From contig JAZUNS010000122.1 of assembly GCA_045604285.1 (NCBI GenBank), positions 1 through 61,994 on the forward strand: DNA of 61,994 bases, in the 5' to 3' direction. The DNA comes from Eubacteriales bacterium. GTDB taxonomy: Bacteria; Bacillota; Clostridia; Oscillospirales; CAG-382. This document shows, piece by piece, positions 10,508-20,200 of this stretch. The notes beneath the pieces are model-generated. The model had not been told where the DNA came from, ran no database searches, and was given only the letters and a program-made list of their open reading frames with translations. Positions within the stretch are counted from its first letter, which is position 1. Each line of letters starts with the position of its first letter. Made by a program: the position numbers and the translations under genes.

Positions 10508-11494
10508 TTATCTTTCTTCTCTAAAGTATGACAAACCTAAATGTGCGGGAGGTTGAGTTTCCTTCTTCCTGCGCAAGCTTGTAAAGATAAGAACGATTAT
10601 CGTTACAACGTAGGGCAACATTTTAAGAAGTTCTCGTGCGGAAGAGGAAATATTGGGGATGTAAAGGTGAGAAATACAAAGTCCACCGAATACGATAGAG
10701 CCTATAATTGCAAGGTTAGGTCTCCAAATAGCAAAAATAACCAAAGCAATTGCAAGCCAGCCACGGTCGCCGAAACCGTCATTTGACCAATTCCCTATTT
10801 CCATTACATAGAAAAGACCGCCAATACCTGCAATAACACTACCAATGCAAGTAGCGCAATACTTATACAGATTTACGTTTATACCTGCAGCATCTGCGGT
10901 AGCAGGATTCTCGCCTACGGCACGCAAGCTAAGCCCTTTTGAGGTTTTATTAAGGAAATAGGCGCTGATTACTGCAATAATTATTCCTAAATAGAATAAG
11001 AAACCATGTGATAGGAAAATTTGACCAAACCAACCAAGTTTATCTGCGATTGGCAAATAAGACTTATAAATCTCGCTTGTTCTTGAGAAGTTAACGGATG
11101 CAACTTCGCTGCCTACCAGTTTAACCAAAGAACCGCCGAAGAAGTTGCCCAGTCCGGTACCAAAGGTTGTAAGTGCCAACCCCGTTACGTTTTGGTTTGC
11201 TCTTAAAGTTACGGTAAGGAAACAATAAATCAATCCCATCACCAAAGACCCCAAGATACAACAAGCCAAAGGAATGGCAACAGCCAAAAAAGGATTAAGT
11301 TCGGCACCGGCGGGAAGACTGTTTTCGTAAAAGAATGCGCCTATAACGCCGCAAATAGCACCAACGTACATAGTTCCGGCGGTACCGAGATTAAGATGGC
11401 CGGATTTTTCTGTTAAAATTTCACCGGTAGAACCGAACAGCAAGGGAACGCTTTGCACAAGCGCACGCTGAATAATAAAGGGTATAGATACCAT
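10508..11494 (-). CDS. Nucleoside/BMP-family ABC transporter permease (NupQ/YufQ-like)
   Basis: Polytopic membrane protein that is last in an operon collinear with B. subtilis nupNOPQ. AGGAG lies upstream. Confidence 0.87.
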   Translation of the reverse strand: MVSIPFIIQRALVQSVPLLFGSTGEILTEKSGHLNLGTAGTMYVGAICGVIGAFFYENSLPAGAELNPFLAVAIPLACCILGSLVMGLIYCFLTVTLRANQNVTGLALTTFGTGLGNFFGGSLVKLVGSEVASVNFSRTSEIYKSYLPIADKLGWFGQIFLSHGFLFYLGIIIAVISAYFLNKTSKGLSLRAVGENPATADAAGINVNLYKYCATCIGSVIAGIGGLFYVMEIGNWSNDGFGDRGWLAIALVIFAIWRPNLAIIGSIVFGGLCISHLYIPNISSSARELLKMLPYVVTIIVLIFTSLRRKKETQPPAHLGLSYFREER

Positions 11495-11496
11495 TG

Positions 11497-12705
11497 TTAT
11501 TTCAACTCCTTACTGTTTGAGAATTTTTTAAGAAACGAAAACTTAACTTTATAGTTAATGAAGAATTCGCAGCCAATTATAAAGAAAATAATGATTGCTG
11601 TGAGTATTTCCGAAAAAGACTCATTAATCTTTAGGTCGGTGGCGACCTTAGAGGCACCGCTATCCATGAAAACGAACAGGAAAGAGGTAACAATCATCAC
11701 TAACGGGTTAAACTTTGCAAGCCAAGAAACCATTATAGCAGTAAAGCCTCTACCCTCAACGGTATTGGTTGCAACGGTATGCTCGACACCGGAAACCAAA
11801 AGGAAACCAGCCAAACCGCAAATCGCACCGGATATAAGCATTGTTCTAAGTATTACTTTCTTAACGTTAATACCAATATATCTTGCGGTGTTTTCACTTT
11901 CACCGACAACAGAAATCTCATATCCCTGCTTGCTGTATTTTAAGTATACGTACAAAGCAATAGTAAGAACAAGGACAATAAGAATTACGTGGGCATAATC
12001 GGGTATGCGCGCGTTCTTAACGTTATCAAAAAGGCCTTCGAAAATATTTGGAAGCCAACCGTATCTGCCGCCATCTTCGGTTTTTAGTTTAAAATTAATA
12101 ACACCGATAACGTTGGAGCCGTTTGAAGGAGCCCATTCGATACAGAAATATGCAACAATTTGCGTTGCAATATAGTTAAGCATCAGTGTAAACAGAGTTT
12201 CGTTAGTATTCCACTGAGCTTTAAATATCGCAGGAATTAAAGCCCAAACCGCACCTGCAAGCGTTGACGAAACAAACATTATTAAAAGCAACATCGTAGG
12301 AGAAACTTTATCACCGATGTGAAGCATACATCCGGCCGAAACGAGGCATCCCATAAGAACTTGGCCCTCTGCGCCAATGTTCCAGAATCGCATTTTAAAA
12401 GCAGGAGTTACTGCAAGAGCAACACACAGCAATATTGCCGTTTCTTGTATTACAACCCAAAATTGGCGATTTTGAGCCATATTAAACTTCTCGCGATATT
12501 CTGCATCGCCTATTAAGCTGTTCCATATCGTTTTATACAAATCAAAAGGTTTTACGCCGGTTATGAAGTATGCAACAATTGCACAAAAGACCAACGCAAG
12601 CAAAATAGCTCCCAGCCTTATGAGCCAAGCCTTCCACCATTCGATCTTATCTCTTTTCACAAGATGAAACAAGGGCTCACGCACAGTGTTAGGTTCATTC
12701 TGCAT
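11497..12705 (-). CDS. Nucleoside/BMP-family ABC transporter permease (NupP/YufP-like)
   Basis: Polytopic membrane protein. ATG 12705 (GGAGG 9 nt upstream) is preferred over the longer ORF start at 12723. Confidence 0.85.
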   Translation of the reverse strand: MQNEPNTVREPLFHLVKRDKIEWWKAWLIRLGAILLALVFCAIVAYFITGVKPFDLYKTIWNSLIGDAEYREKFNMAQNRQFWVVIQETAILLCVALAVTPAFKMRFWNIGAEGQVLMGCLVSAGCMLHIGDKVSPTMLLLIMFVSSTLAGAVWALIPAIFKAQWNTNETLFTLMLNYIATQIVAYFCIEWAPSNGSNVIGVINFKLKTEDGGRYGWLPNIFEGLFDNVKNARIPDYAHVILIVLVLTIALYVYLKYSKQGYEISVVGESENTARYIGINVKKVILRTMLISGAICGLAGFLLVSGVEHTVATNTVEGRGFTAIMVSWLAKFNPLVMIVTSFLFVFMDSGASKVATDLKINESFSEILTAIIIFFIIGCEFFINYKVKFSFLKKFSNSKELK

Positions 12706-14266
12706 TCTGTTCACCCTCCTCATCTTTTTTACCGTTGTTTAAATATGCATCGGAAGAAGTCATCAACATACCGATGTGATTCTTATCAGCGGTCCTACCG
12801 TCCACAATTCCGGTAATATGGCCGGAACCAATAACCATGATTCTATCACAAAGTTCTATAAGAACGTCCAAGTCTTCACCTACGAAAATAACCGCAACGC
12901 CCTTATCCTTTTGCTGATTCAACAAATTGTATATCAAGTAGGAAGAGTTAATATCCAAGCCACGTACCGGATAAGCTGCCATAAGAACAGTCGGCGATGC
13001 GGCTATTTCTCTGCCTACCAAAACCTTTTGTACGTTACCGCCGGAAAGCCTCCTTACCGGTGTGTTTACACTGGGGGTTGATACATAAAGCTTATCAATT
13101 ATATCCTCTGCCAAATGCTTGGGATTCTTTCTATGCAGGAAGAATGGACCGCCTTTGCCATAGGTTCTAAGCATCATATTATCAACGATATCCATGTTAC
13201 CTACAAGACCCATGCCCAGTCTGTCTTCCGGTACAAAAGAAAGTCTAACACCTAAATTCCTTATTTGAAGAGGTGTTTTATCTCTCAAATTTTCAGCTTT
13301 GTCTGTATTTGGATCAAAATATACGATCTCACCTGAATTAACCTTTTGTAATCCTGCAATAGATTCCAAAAGCTCTCTTTGACCACTGCCTGCTATCCCA
13401 GCGATGCCTAATATTTCACCAGAATATGCTGTGAAGGATATGTCATCCAACACTTTCACGCCCTCGCGGTTTATGCAATTCAAATTCTTTACAACAAGCC
13501 TCGGTGTGGGATTGGTGCATTCGGAACGTTTTATATTTAACGAAACCTTTTGACCAACCATCATTTCAGTCAACTTGTTGGGGTCGGTTTCACAGGTGTT
13601 AACGGTACCAACGTGCTTACCCTTACAAAGAACCGCTACCCTATCAGACAGCGCCATAACCTCGTGTAGCTTATGAGTAATAATTATTATAGATTTGCCG
13701 CTATCTCTCATATTTCTTAAAATATTAAAGAGTTTTTCGGTTTCTTGAGGTGTTAAAACAGCTGTAGGCTCGTCAAGAATCAGTACATCGGCGCCTCTGT
13801 ACAGGACCTTAATAATTTCAACCGTCTGCTTTTCAGAAACAGACATTTCATAAATCTTTTTGTCCGGGTCAATATCAAATCCATAGCGAGAGCTAAGCTC
13901 AACTATTTCTTGCTTTGCATTTGAACCTTTGGTTTTCTTGGGGTCCTTAATGCCCAAAACGATATTTTCGGTAGCAGTAAAAACATCAACAAGCTTAAAG
14001 TGCTGATGTATCATACCTATCCTGTAATCCAAAGCATCTTTGGGAGAACGAATACAGGCTTCTTTACCTCTGATAAAAATAGAACCCTCATCAGGATAAT
14101 ATATACCGGCAATCATATTCATTAAGGTAGTTTTACCGCAACCGTTTTCGCCGAGTATAGAGAGAATTTCTCCCTCATAAATCGTCAAACTAACGTTATC
14201 GTTGGCAACTACACTGCCAAAAGTCTTTGTTATACCCTTTAATTCAACGGCGGCCGTTTTTGACAT
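12695..14266 (-). CDS. Nucleoside/BMP-family ABC transporter ATP-binding protein, duplicated NBD (NupO/YufO-like)
   Basis: Two ABC cassettes (Walker A GENGCGKTT; signatures VSEKQTVEI and LSGGNVQKV; Walker B ILDEPT). 523 aa, typical of this family. Confidence 0.93.
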   Translation of the reverse strand: MSKTAAVELKGITKTFGSVVANDNVSLTIYEGEILSILGENGCGKTTLMNMIAGIYYPDEGSIFIRGKEACIRSPKDALDYRIGMIHQHFKLVDVFTATENIVLGIKDPKKTKGSNAKQEIVELSSRYGFDIDPDKKIYEMSVSEKQTVEIIKVLYRGADVLILDEPTAVLTPQETEKLFNILRNMRDSGKSIIIITHKLHEVMALSDRVAVLCKGKHVGTVNTCETDPNKLTEMMVGQKVSLNIKRSECTNPTPRLVVKNLNCINREGVKVLDDISFTAYSGEILGIAGIAGSGQRELLESIAGLQKVNSGEIVYFDPNTDKAENLRDKTPLQIRNLGVRLSFVPEDRLGMGLVGNMDIVDNMMLRTYGKGGPFFLHRKNPKHLAEDIIDKLYVSTPSVNTPVRRLSGGNVQKVLVGREIAASPTVLMAAYPVRGLDINSSYLIYNLLNQQKDKGVAVIFVGEDLDVLIELCDRIMVIGSGHITGIVDGRTADKNHIGMLMTSSDAYLNNGKKDEEGEQNAE

Positions 14267-14342
14267 AGAGCACCTCCAAAATAAATATATTCCTCAAAAC
14301 AAAGCCGAAAAGGCGGCGCTGTTTTCAAAAATATATTAAGAT

Positions 14343-14370
14343 AAGGCGGGACGGTAAATGTCCCGCCTTA
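14343..14370 (-). terminator. Intra-operon hairpin after the binding-protein gene
   Basis: Minus strand AAGGCGGGAC-atttacc-GTCCCGCCTT followed by a T-rich tract. A second small hairpin (GCCG-cctttt-CGGC TTTGTTTT) follows, upstream of the ATPase gene. Confidence 0.6.
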
Positions 14371-14383
14371 TTAATTAACAAAC

Positions 14384-15613
14384 TTAGCTAATGGTTATAC
14401 CGTCGATGTCAATGTCGAAGTAAGGAGCGCAACGATGTTCGGATTCATAGAAAACGCCGTCCTTAATAACTTCGGTATCCTTGGTATAATTTGCATCGGT
14501 ATCAACGTCTGCAAGATAGCTGGTAAGACGTTCGCCGCCAACGGTGAAGTTAGCAGTATCAAATACGTGGCGAGTGCCTGCAACGAGTTCCTTCTTAGCA
14601 GCTTCAATAGCTTCAGCAGTACCTTCAGCAGCTGCAGCAGTGTTAATGTCGGTAAGAACTACAGAACCTTCTTCAATGCCGCCGCACCAGTCATCGTCAA
14701 TTGCTTCGCCCTTAAGCCAGCAGTTAACAACGTACTCATAGTAAGGAGCCCAGTTGATTCTGGAAGAAACGATGTAGGTATTAGGGCAAGCAGAAATGGT
14801 GCTGCCGTTATAAGAAACGTTAGGAACGCCTTTTTCTTCACATGCGGAAGGAGCGCCCATAGAGTCAGCGTGCTGGCTAATAAGAGCACAACCTGCATTG
14901 ATAAGAGCAAGTGCGGTTTCTTTTTCGGTGTTTTCGTTGTACCAGCTGTCGGTAAACTTAACTTCCATAGTAGCGGAAGGGCAAACGGATCTTGCGCCAA
15001 GGAAGAAAGAGGTGTAGCCGGACTTAACTTCTGCATATGCAAAAGCACCAACGTAACCTATCTTAGCCTGTTCAGCGGTGATCTTACCGTCAGCGATCAT
15101 TTCGTTAAGCTTCATACCTGCAGCGATACCTGCAAGATATCTGCCTTCATAAATAGAAGCAAATGCGTTGTGGAAGTTATCGGTGCCGTCGGTGTGAGAC
15201 ATGGTACCGGTTGCATGGCAGAATTCAACGTTAGGATATTCTTCTGCAGCCTGCATCATATAAGACTCATGACCGAAAGAGTCAGCGATAATGATGTCGC
15301 AGTCGTAGCTTTCAACAAGCTCAACAGCTGCATCGTAGCATTCCTGTCCTTCGGGAACGTTGGACTTAATGATAACCTGGTTATCAGCAAGACCAAGATT
15401 TTCCTTAGCTTCGTTCATAGCGCTGATGAAGTTAAGGTCATAGGTGGAGTTCTCATCATGGAGACAGATAAGACCGATGGTGAGATCAGAAAGCTGTTTT
15501 GCAGCAGCTTCTTCGGAAGAGGTAGTGCTGGAAGAGTCCTCGGTATTGCCGCCGCATGCTACAACGGAAACGAGCATGAGAGCAACGAGGAGCAGGGAAA
15601 GAAACTTTTTCAT
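14384..15613 (-). CDS. BMP-family (basic membrane protein) nucleoside-binding lipoprotein (NupN/PnrA-like)
   Basis: Lipobox VVAC|GG after a signal peptide, a Ser/Thr-rich linker and a BMP-like body. It is the first gene of the ABC importer set. Confidence 0.9.
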   Translation of the reverse strand: MKKFLSLLLVALMLVSVVACGGNTEDSSSTTSSEEAAAKQLSDLTIGLICLHDENSTYDLNFISAMNEAKENLGLADNQVIIKSNVPEGQECYDAAVELVESYDCDIIIADSFGHESYMMQAAEEYPNVEFCHATGTMSHTDGTDNFHNAFASIYEGRYLAGIAAGMKLNEMIADGKITAEQAKIGYVGAFAYAEVKSGYTSFFLGARSVCPSATMEVKFTDSWYNENTEKETALALINAGCALISQHADSMGAPSACEEKGVPNVSYNGSTISACPNTYIVSSRINWAPYYEYVVNCWLKGEAIDDDWCGGIEEGSVVLTDINTAAAAEGTAEAIEAAKKELVAGTRHVFDTANFTVGGERLTSYLADVDTDANYTKDTEVIKDGVFYESEHRCAPYFDIDIDGITIS

Positions 15614-15662
15614 GTCAGTCCTCCAAAAAATTTTTTATGTAAATATTTTTACATTCTAAGTA

Positions 15663-16232
15663 TTATCTAAAAACAACGCTTCCGTTTTCAAAGCGTTCTA
15701 TAATAGCTAACGACTCAACTCTGATGCCTTGAGCTCTTAATTCGTCGCCACCTTTTTGAAAACCTTTTTCAACTGCAATTGCAGCGCCTGCAACCTTGGC
15801 ACCTGCCTGATTGGAAATATCTATCAAGCCGCGCAAAGCTTCACCATGAGCTAAGAAATCATCTACAAGCAAAACAGTATCGGTTTCATTTAAGAACTCG
15901 GCAGTAACTACAGCATCATAATCATTACCATGGGTGTAAGAGTGAACTTTTGCCTTATATACGTTACCTGCAACATTGCCGGAGCGATGTTTTTTAGCAA
16001 ATAGCACGGGTACGTTTAAAGCAACACCTGCGGCAACCGCAACAGCAATGCCGGAGGCCTCTATAGTTAAAATCTTAGTAACGCCGCTATCCTTATAAAG
16101 CTTAGCGATCTCCTTCCCCATTTCCATTACAAAGCTTGAATCTATTTGCTGGTTTAGGAAAGAACCGATATTTAAAATATTACCGGGCATAACCTTGCCT
16201 TCGCTTAAAATTTTCTTTTCCAATGCTTCCAT
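15663..16232 (-). CDS. xpt: Xanthine phosphoribosyltransferase
   Basis: Collinear with Xpt (MEALEKKILSEG.., LTIEASGIA, PRPP loop LLVDDFLAHGEA). ATG 16232 has GAGGTG 4 nt upstream. Confidence 0.93.
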   Translation of the reverse strand: MEALEKKILSEGKVMPGNILNIGSFLNQQIDSSFVMEMGKEIAKLYKDSGVTKILTIEASGIAVAVAAGVALNVPVLFAKKHRSGNVAGNVYKAKVHSYTHGNDYDAVVTAEFLNETDTVLLVDDFLAHGEALRGLIDISNQAGAKVAGAAIAVEKGFQKGGDELRAQGIRVESLAIIERFENGSVVFR

Positions 16233-16244
16233 AAAACACCTCAT

Positions 16245-16379
16245 TCACAAAAAGAAAAACAGGCAACTGCCTTGCCTGTATAGTGCAACAGAAGTTTGAT
16301 AATCCAAGCGATAAAATGGGCCAAACCATCGTTCCACATTCAAAATATACATCGGCAAGGTAAAACAAAATTCATTACA
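16245..16379 (-). promoter_or_regulatory. Structured 5' leader of xpt (candidate riboswitch/attenuator, class not recognised)
   Basis: A 13-bp helix (CCUUGCC..UGUAUA, 16346..16360, with UAUACAGGCAAGG, 16270..16282) encloses about 63 nt. It shares its 3' arm with the 5' arm of the terminator, so the two folds are mutually exclusive. Confidence 0.55.
16249..16279 (-). terminator. Leader terminator/attenuator in front of xpt
   Basis: Minus strand ACAGGCAA-GGCAG-UUGCCUGU (8 bp) followed by UUUUCUUUUUG, ending about 15 nt before the xpt RBS. Confidence 0.75.
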
Positions 16380-16408
16380 ATTATATACAGAATGCAACAA
16401 AAAATCAA
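16380..16408 (-). promoter_or_regulatory. Putative sigma-A promoter of xpt
   Basis: Minus strand TTGATT - 17 nt - TATAAT. Confidence 0.5.
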
Positions 16409-16469
16409 GAGTATTTCTGTCAAAATTTCAGACTTATTGAAAATCCTTATGTGCAACATCAACAAAATG

Positions 16470-16499
16470 AAAAAGGCGCGAGAACATGGTCTCGCGCCC
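16470..16499 (-). terminator. Intrinsic terminator after purL
   Basis: Minus strand GGGCGCGAG-accatgtt-CTCGCGCC followed by TTTTTC, about 10 nt after the purL stop. Confidence 0.85.
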
Positions 16500-16508
16500 T
16501 TCATTAGA

Positions 16509-19500
16509 TTATTTAAAATACTTAACGGCAGCTTCAAACATACGGATGTCATAGTTACCGGGAACATTTTTATACAAACCGTTTCCGATTCTCTCACTAT
16601 GTCCCATCTTACCGAAAACTCTTCCGTCGGGAGATGTAATACCTTCAATAGCAAACATTGAATTGTTGGGATTAAAATGAACGTCAGCAGTAGCCTTGTT
16701 TTCAAAATCTACGTACTGAGTTGCAATTTGTCCATTCTCCGCTAACTTCTTAATTAAGTCTTCGTTAGCTAAGAATCTGCCTTCACCATGAGAAATAGGC
16801 ACATTATACACGTCACCTACTTCAGTAAGAGCGAGCCATGGAGATTTGTTGGAAGCAATTCTTGTACGCACGATTCGTGATTGGTGACGGGAAATAGTGT
16901 TGAAAGTAAGGGTAGGACAATTCTCGTCGGTGTCAATAATCTTGCCGTAAGGAACAAGGCCAAGCTTTATTAACGCTTGAAAACCGTTGCAAATTCCGCA
17001 CATAAGTCCGTCTCTTTGCTCAAGCAATTCAGTCACACTTTGTTTGATCGCGTCATTACGGAAGAACGCTGTTATAAACTTACCGCTTCCGTCAGGTTCG
17101 TCACCGCCGGAAAAACCCCCGGGGATAAATACGATTTGCGACTCTTTAAGGCTATTGGCAAACCCTTCAATGCTTCGCTTAATACCGTCAGCACTAAGGT
17201 TGTTAATAACCATTATCGTAGGTTCTGCGCCTGCATCTCTTACCGCTTTTGCGCTGTCATATTCACAGTTGGTTCCGGGGAATACAGGAATTAATACCTT
17301 AGGTACTGCTGTTTTAACCGCGGGAGCTACCCACTCGGTTGCTTTATAAGAGAAAGTCTCAATATTATTTTGGCTTTGTTCTATGTTACACGGATAAACA
17401 CTTTCAAGCTTGCCTTCATAGCGGTCAAGTAGTGAATCAAGATCGATCTTCTCATCACCACGGCAAATAACTTCTTCGCCTACCGTTTCACCTATAACAA
17501 TCCCCTCTTGAACACCATCTGCAACTTCGGCGACAAAAGCACCGTAGTTATAGCCGAATATATCCTTAACACTAAGGGCATCGTTATATTTAAAACCTAT
17601 GCTGTTACCAAAGCACATCTTCATAACAGCTTCACCAATACCGCCAATACCGGGAGTATAACAAGCAAATACTTTTCCGTTTTCTGCAAAGTTCTTGATC
17701 TTTTCAAAGCAAGAAATCAAAGATGTGCTGTCAGGCAAACCTTTTTCATTATATTCAGGAGCAATAAGCACAACCTTGTTACCTGCTGCCTTAAACTCGG
17801 GAGATATGACTTGCTGCGTCTTACCCGTTGTTACGGCAAAAGAAACAAGAGTAGGCGGAACGTGGATATCTTCAAAGGAGCCACTCATAGAATCCTTGCC
17901 GCCGATAGCGCCTATACCAAGATCCATTTGAGCTTCAAATGCACCAAGTAACGCCGCAAAAGGTTTACCCCAACGCACAGAATCCTTAAGAGGTTTTTCA
18001 AAATATTCCTGGAAAGTCAAGTAAACGTCTTCAAAATATGCACCGCTTGCAACGAGCTTGGAAACCGATTCAACTACAGCCAAATATGCACCGTGGTAAG
18101 GACTTTGCTCAGATACAAAAGGATTATACCCCCAAGACATGAAAGAGCAATCGTCCGTATGTTTCTTTTCCATGGAGATTTTCTGAATCATGGATTGAGA
18201 GGGAGTAAGCTGATTTTTACCGCCAAAAGGCATCACAACGGTTCCTGCGCCTATTGTAGAGTCGAATCTTTCCGACAATCCGCGTTTAGAGCAAGAGTTT
18301 AAATCGGTAGCAACAGCAGCATAGTTGTCAGCAAAACTACCGCTGACATCCTTATTGCATAGCTTTGCTGCAGCAGGAGATACCGTTATGTGCTTGTCCG
18401 CACCGTTGGAATTCAAAAACTCTCTGCTTATATCTACTATCTTGTTGCCTTTCCAGGTCATTGTAAGCCTTGGAGCTTCAGTAACCGTAGCAACAACGGT
18501 AGCCTGAAGGTTTTCTGTGTTTGCCAATGCCAAGAATGCATCAGAGTCTTTAGCCTCGACCACAACAGCCATACGCTCTTGAGATTCACTGATTGCAAGC
18601 TCGGTACCGTCAAGGCCTTCGTACTTTTTGGGGACGGCATCCAGATTAATCGCAAGGCCGTCTGCCAATTCACCTATTGCCACGGAAACGCCGCCTGCGC
18701 CGAAGTCATTACAACGTTTTATCATGCGACAAGCAACGGGGTTTCTAAACAAACGCTGAAGCTTTCTTTCCTCAGGTGCATTGCCCTTCTGAACCTCTGC
18801 ACCGCAGCTTTCCAAAGATTTAGAGGTGTGAGACTTAGAAGAACCTGTAGCGCCACCGCAACCGTCACGACCGGTAGCACCGCCAAGAAGTATTACAACG
18901 TCACCTGCAGATGGGCGTTCACGTCTAACGTTTTCGGCAGGAGCAGCCGCAATTACTGCACCTATTTCCATCCTTTTAGCTGCATAACCGGGATGATAAA
19001 TTTCATCAACTATACCGGTGGAAATACCAATCTGGTTACCGTAGGAAGAATAACCTGCGGCAGCAGTGGTAACAATTTTTCTTTGAGGAAGTTTTCCCTC
19101 TATAGTTTCACTTACGGGCTTTAGAGGATCTGCGGCACCGGTTACTCTCATTGCGCCATATACGTAAGAACGACCGGAAAGCGGGTCACGAATTGCGCCG
19201 CCAATACAAGTAGCTGCACCGCCAAAAGGCTCTATTTCTGTAGGGTGATTATGCGTTTCGTTTTTAAAAAGCAACAGCCAAGGCTCTTTTTTGCCGTCAG
19301 CTTCTACTTCTATCTTAACAGTACACGCATTGATCTCTTCCGATTCGTCAAGCTTGTCAAGTTTTCCATTAGCTCTCAAGTGCTTTACTGCCAAAGTAGC
19401 AATATCCATCAAGCAAATGGGTTTGTTTCTGCCAAGCTCTTTGCGAGCAGCTATATATCTGTTGTACGCACTTTGAAGGATCTCATCATCAAACTTAACG

Positions 19501-20198
19501 TCATCAATAACCGTAAGAAACGTTGTGTGACGGCAATGATCAGACCAATAGGTATCTATCATGCGTATTTCTGTAATTGTGGGATCTCTGCCTTCTTCAA
19601 TAAAATACTTCTGGCAAAATGCAATATCTTCGTCATCCATTGCCAAACCATAGGTGGAAACAAACTTGCTTAAACCTTCTCTGTCCAAGGAATTAAACCC
19701 GTCTATTGTTGCAACAGTTTCGGGAAGTTCATAACTCATAGCCAAAGTTTCAGGCTTAGATAAAGAAGCCTCTCTTGCTTCTACAGGGTTAATAACATAC
19801 TTTTTAATTTCGCTGACCTGAGCATCGGTAAGATTGCCGTACAAAGCATAAACCTTTGCCGTTCTTATTGTGGGTCTGTCACCCTGGGATATTATCTGGA
19901 TACACTGTGCTGCAGAATCTGCTCTTTGATCAAACTGACCGGGGAGATATTCAACAGCAAAGCAGATAGTATCGGTAAAAGGAAACTCGTCATACACAAT
20001 GTCAAGCTGAGGTTCGGAGAATACTGCCGTCTTAGCATAATCGAACAACGATTGATCTATATTCTCTGCATCGTACCTATTCAAAAGCTTAATATCGGTT
20101 AACTCCGAAATACCCAAAAGGGTACGCAAATCAGAAAGCAAAGCTTTAGCTTCATGGTCAAGGCCTTGCTTTTTTTCTACATACACTCTATATACCAC
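16509..20198 (-). CDS. purL: Phosphoribosylformylglycinamidine (FGAM) synthase, single-chain large form
   Basis: 1229 aa with the AIR-synthase-like duplicated core and a C-terminal class I glutaminase (GICNGFQAL, HGEGRF). The start is GTG with GGAGG 7 nt upstream. Confidence 0.96.
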   Translation of the reverse strand: MVYRVYVEKKQGLDHEAKALLSDLRTLLGISELTDIKLLNRYDAENIDQSLFDYAKTAVFSEPQLDIVYDEFPFTDTICFAVEYLPGQFDQRADSAAQCIQIISQGDRPTIRTAKVYALYGNLTDAQVSEIKKYVINPVEAREASLSKPETLAMSYELPETVATIDGFNSLDREGLSKFVSTYGLAMDDEDIAFCQKYFIEEGRDPTITEIRMIDTYWSDHCRHTTFLTVIDDVKFDDEILQSAYNRYIAARKELGRNKPICLMDIATLAVKHLRANGKLDKLDESEEINACTVKIEVEADGKKEPWLLLFKNETHNHPTEIEPFGGAATCIGGAIRDPLSGRSYVYGAMRVTGAADPLKPVSETIEGKLPQRKIVTTAAAGYSSYGNQIGISTGIVDEIYHPGYAAKRMEIGAVIAAAPAENVRRERPSAGDVVILLGGATGRDGCGGATGSSKSHTSKSLESCGAEVQKGNAPEERKLQRLFRNPVACRMIKRCNDFGAGGVSVAIGELADGLAINLDAVPKKYEGLDGTELAISESQERMAVVVEAKDSDAFLALANTENLQATVVATVTEAPRLTMTWKGNKIVDISREFLNSNGADKHITVSPAAAKLCNKDVSGSFADNYAAVATDLNSCSKRGLSERFDSTIGAGTVVMPFGGKNQLTPSQSMIQKISMEKKHTDDCSFMSWGYNPFVSEQSPYHGAYLAVVESVSKLVASGAYFEDVYLTFQEYFEKPLKDSVRWGKPFAALLGAFEAQMDLGIGAIGGKDSMSGSFEDIHVPPTLVSFAVTTGKTQQVISPEFKAAGNKVVLIAPEYNEKGLPDSTSLISCFEKIKNFAENGKVFACYTPGIGGIGEAVMKMCFGNSIGFKYNDALSVKDIFGYNYGAFVAEVADGVQEGIVIGETVGEEVICRGDEKIDLDSLLDRYEGKLESVYPCNIEQSQNNIETFSYKATEWVAPAVKTAVPKVLIPVFPGTNCEYDSAKAVRDAGAEPTIMVINNLSADGIKRSIEGFANSLKESQIVFIPGGFSGGDEPDGSGKFITAFFRNDAIKQSVTELLEQRDGLMCGICNGFQALIKLGLVPYGKIIDTDENCPTLTFNTISRHQSRIVRTRIASNKSPWLALTEVGDVYNVPISHGEGRFLANEDLIKKLAENGQIATQYVDFENKATADVHFNPNNSMFAIEGITSPDGRVFGKMGHSERIGNGLYKNVPGNYDIRMFEAAVKYFK

Positions 20199-20200
20199 AA

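Noticed and set aside
14435-15670. 411-aa plus-strand ORF opposite the BMP lipoprotein gene
   Set aside because: This is the same register-locked mirror effect. The sense strand has a lipobox and a BMP-family body, whereas the mirror product is low-complexity with no start context.
16245-16470. Canonical guanine/purine riboswitch upstream of xpt
   Set aside because: I searched both strands for the conserved UAUAAU / AUAUGG / UUUCUACC / CCGUAAA / GACUAU elements and a three-way junction of the right size. Only a CACUAUAC fragment resembles it. I report the leader as unclassified instead.
16296-16705. 121-aa ORFs on both strands spanning the purL-xpt intergenic region
   Set aside because: They run across the purL terminator, the xpt promoter and the 3' end of purL. 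They have no RBS, and the sequence is better explained as regulatory.
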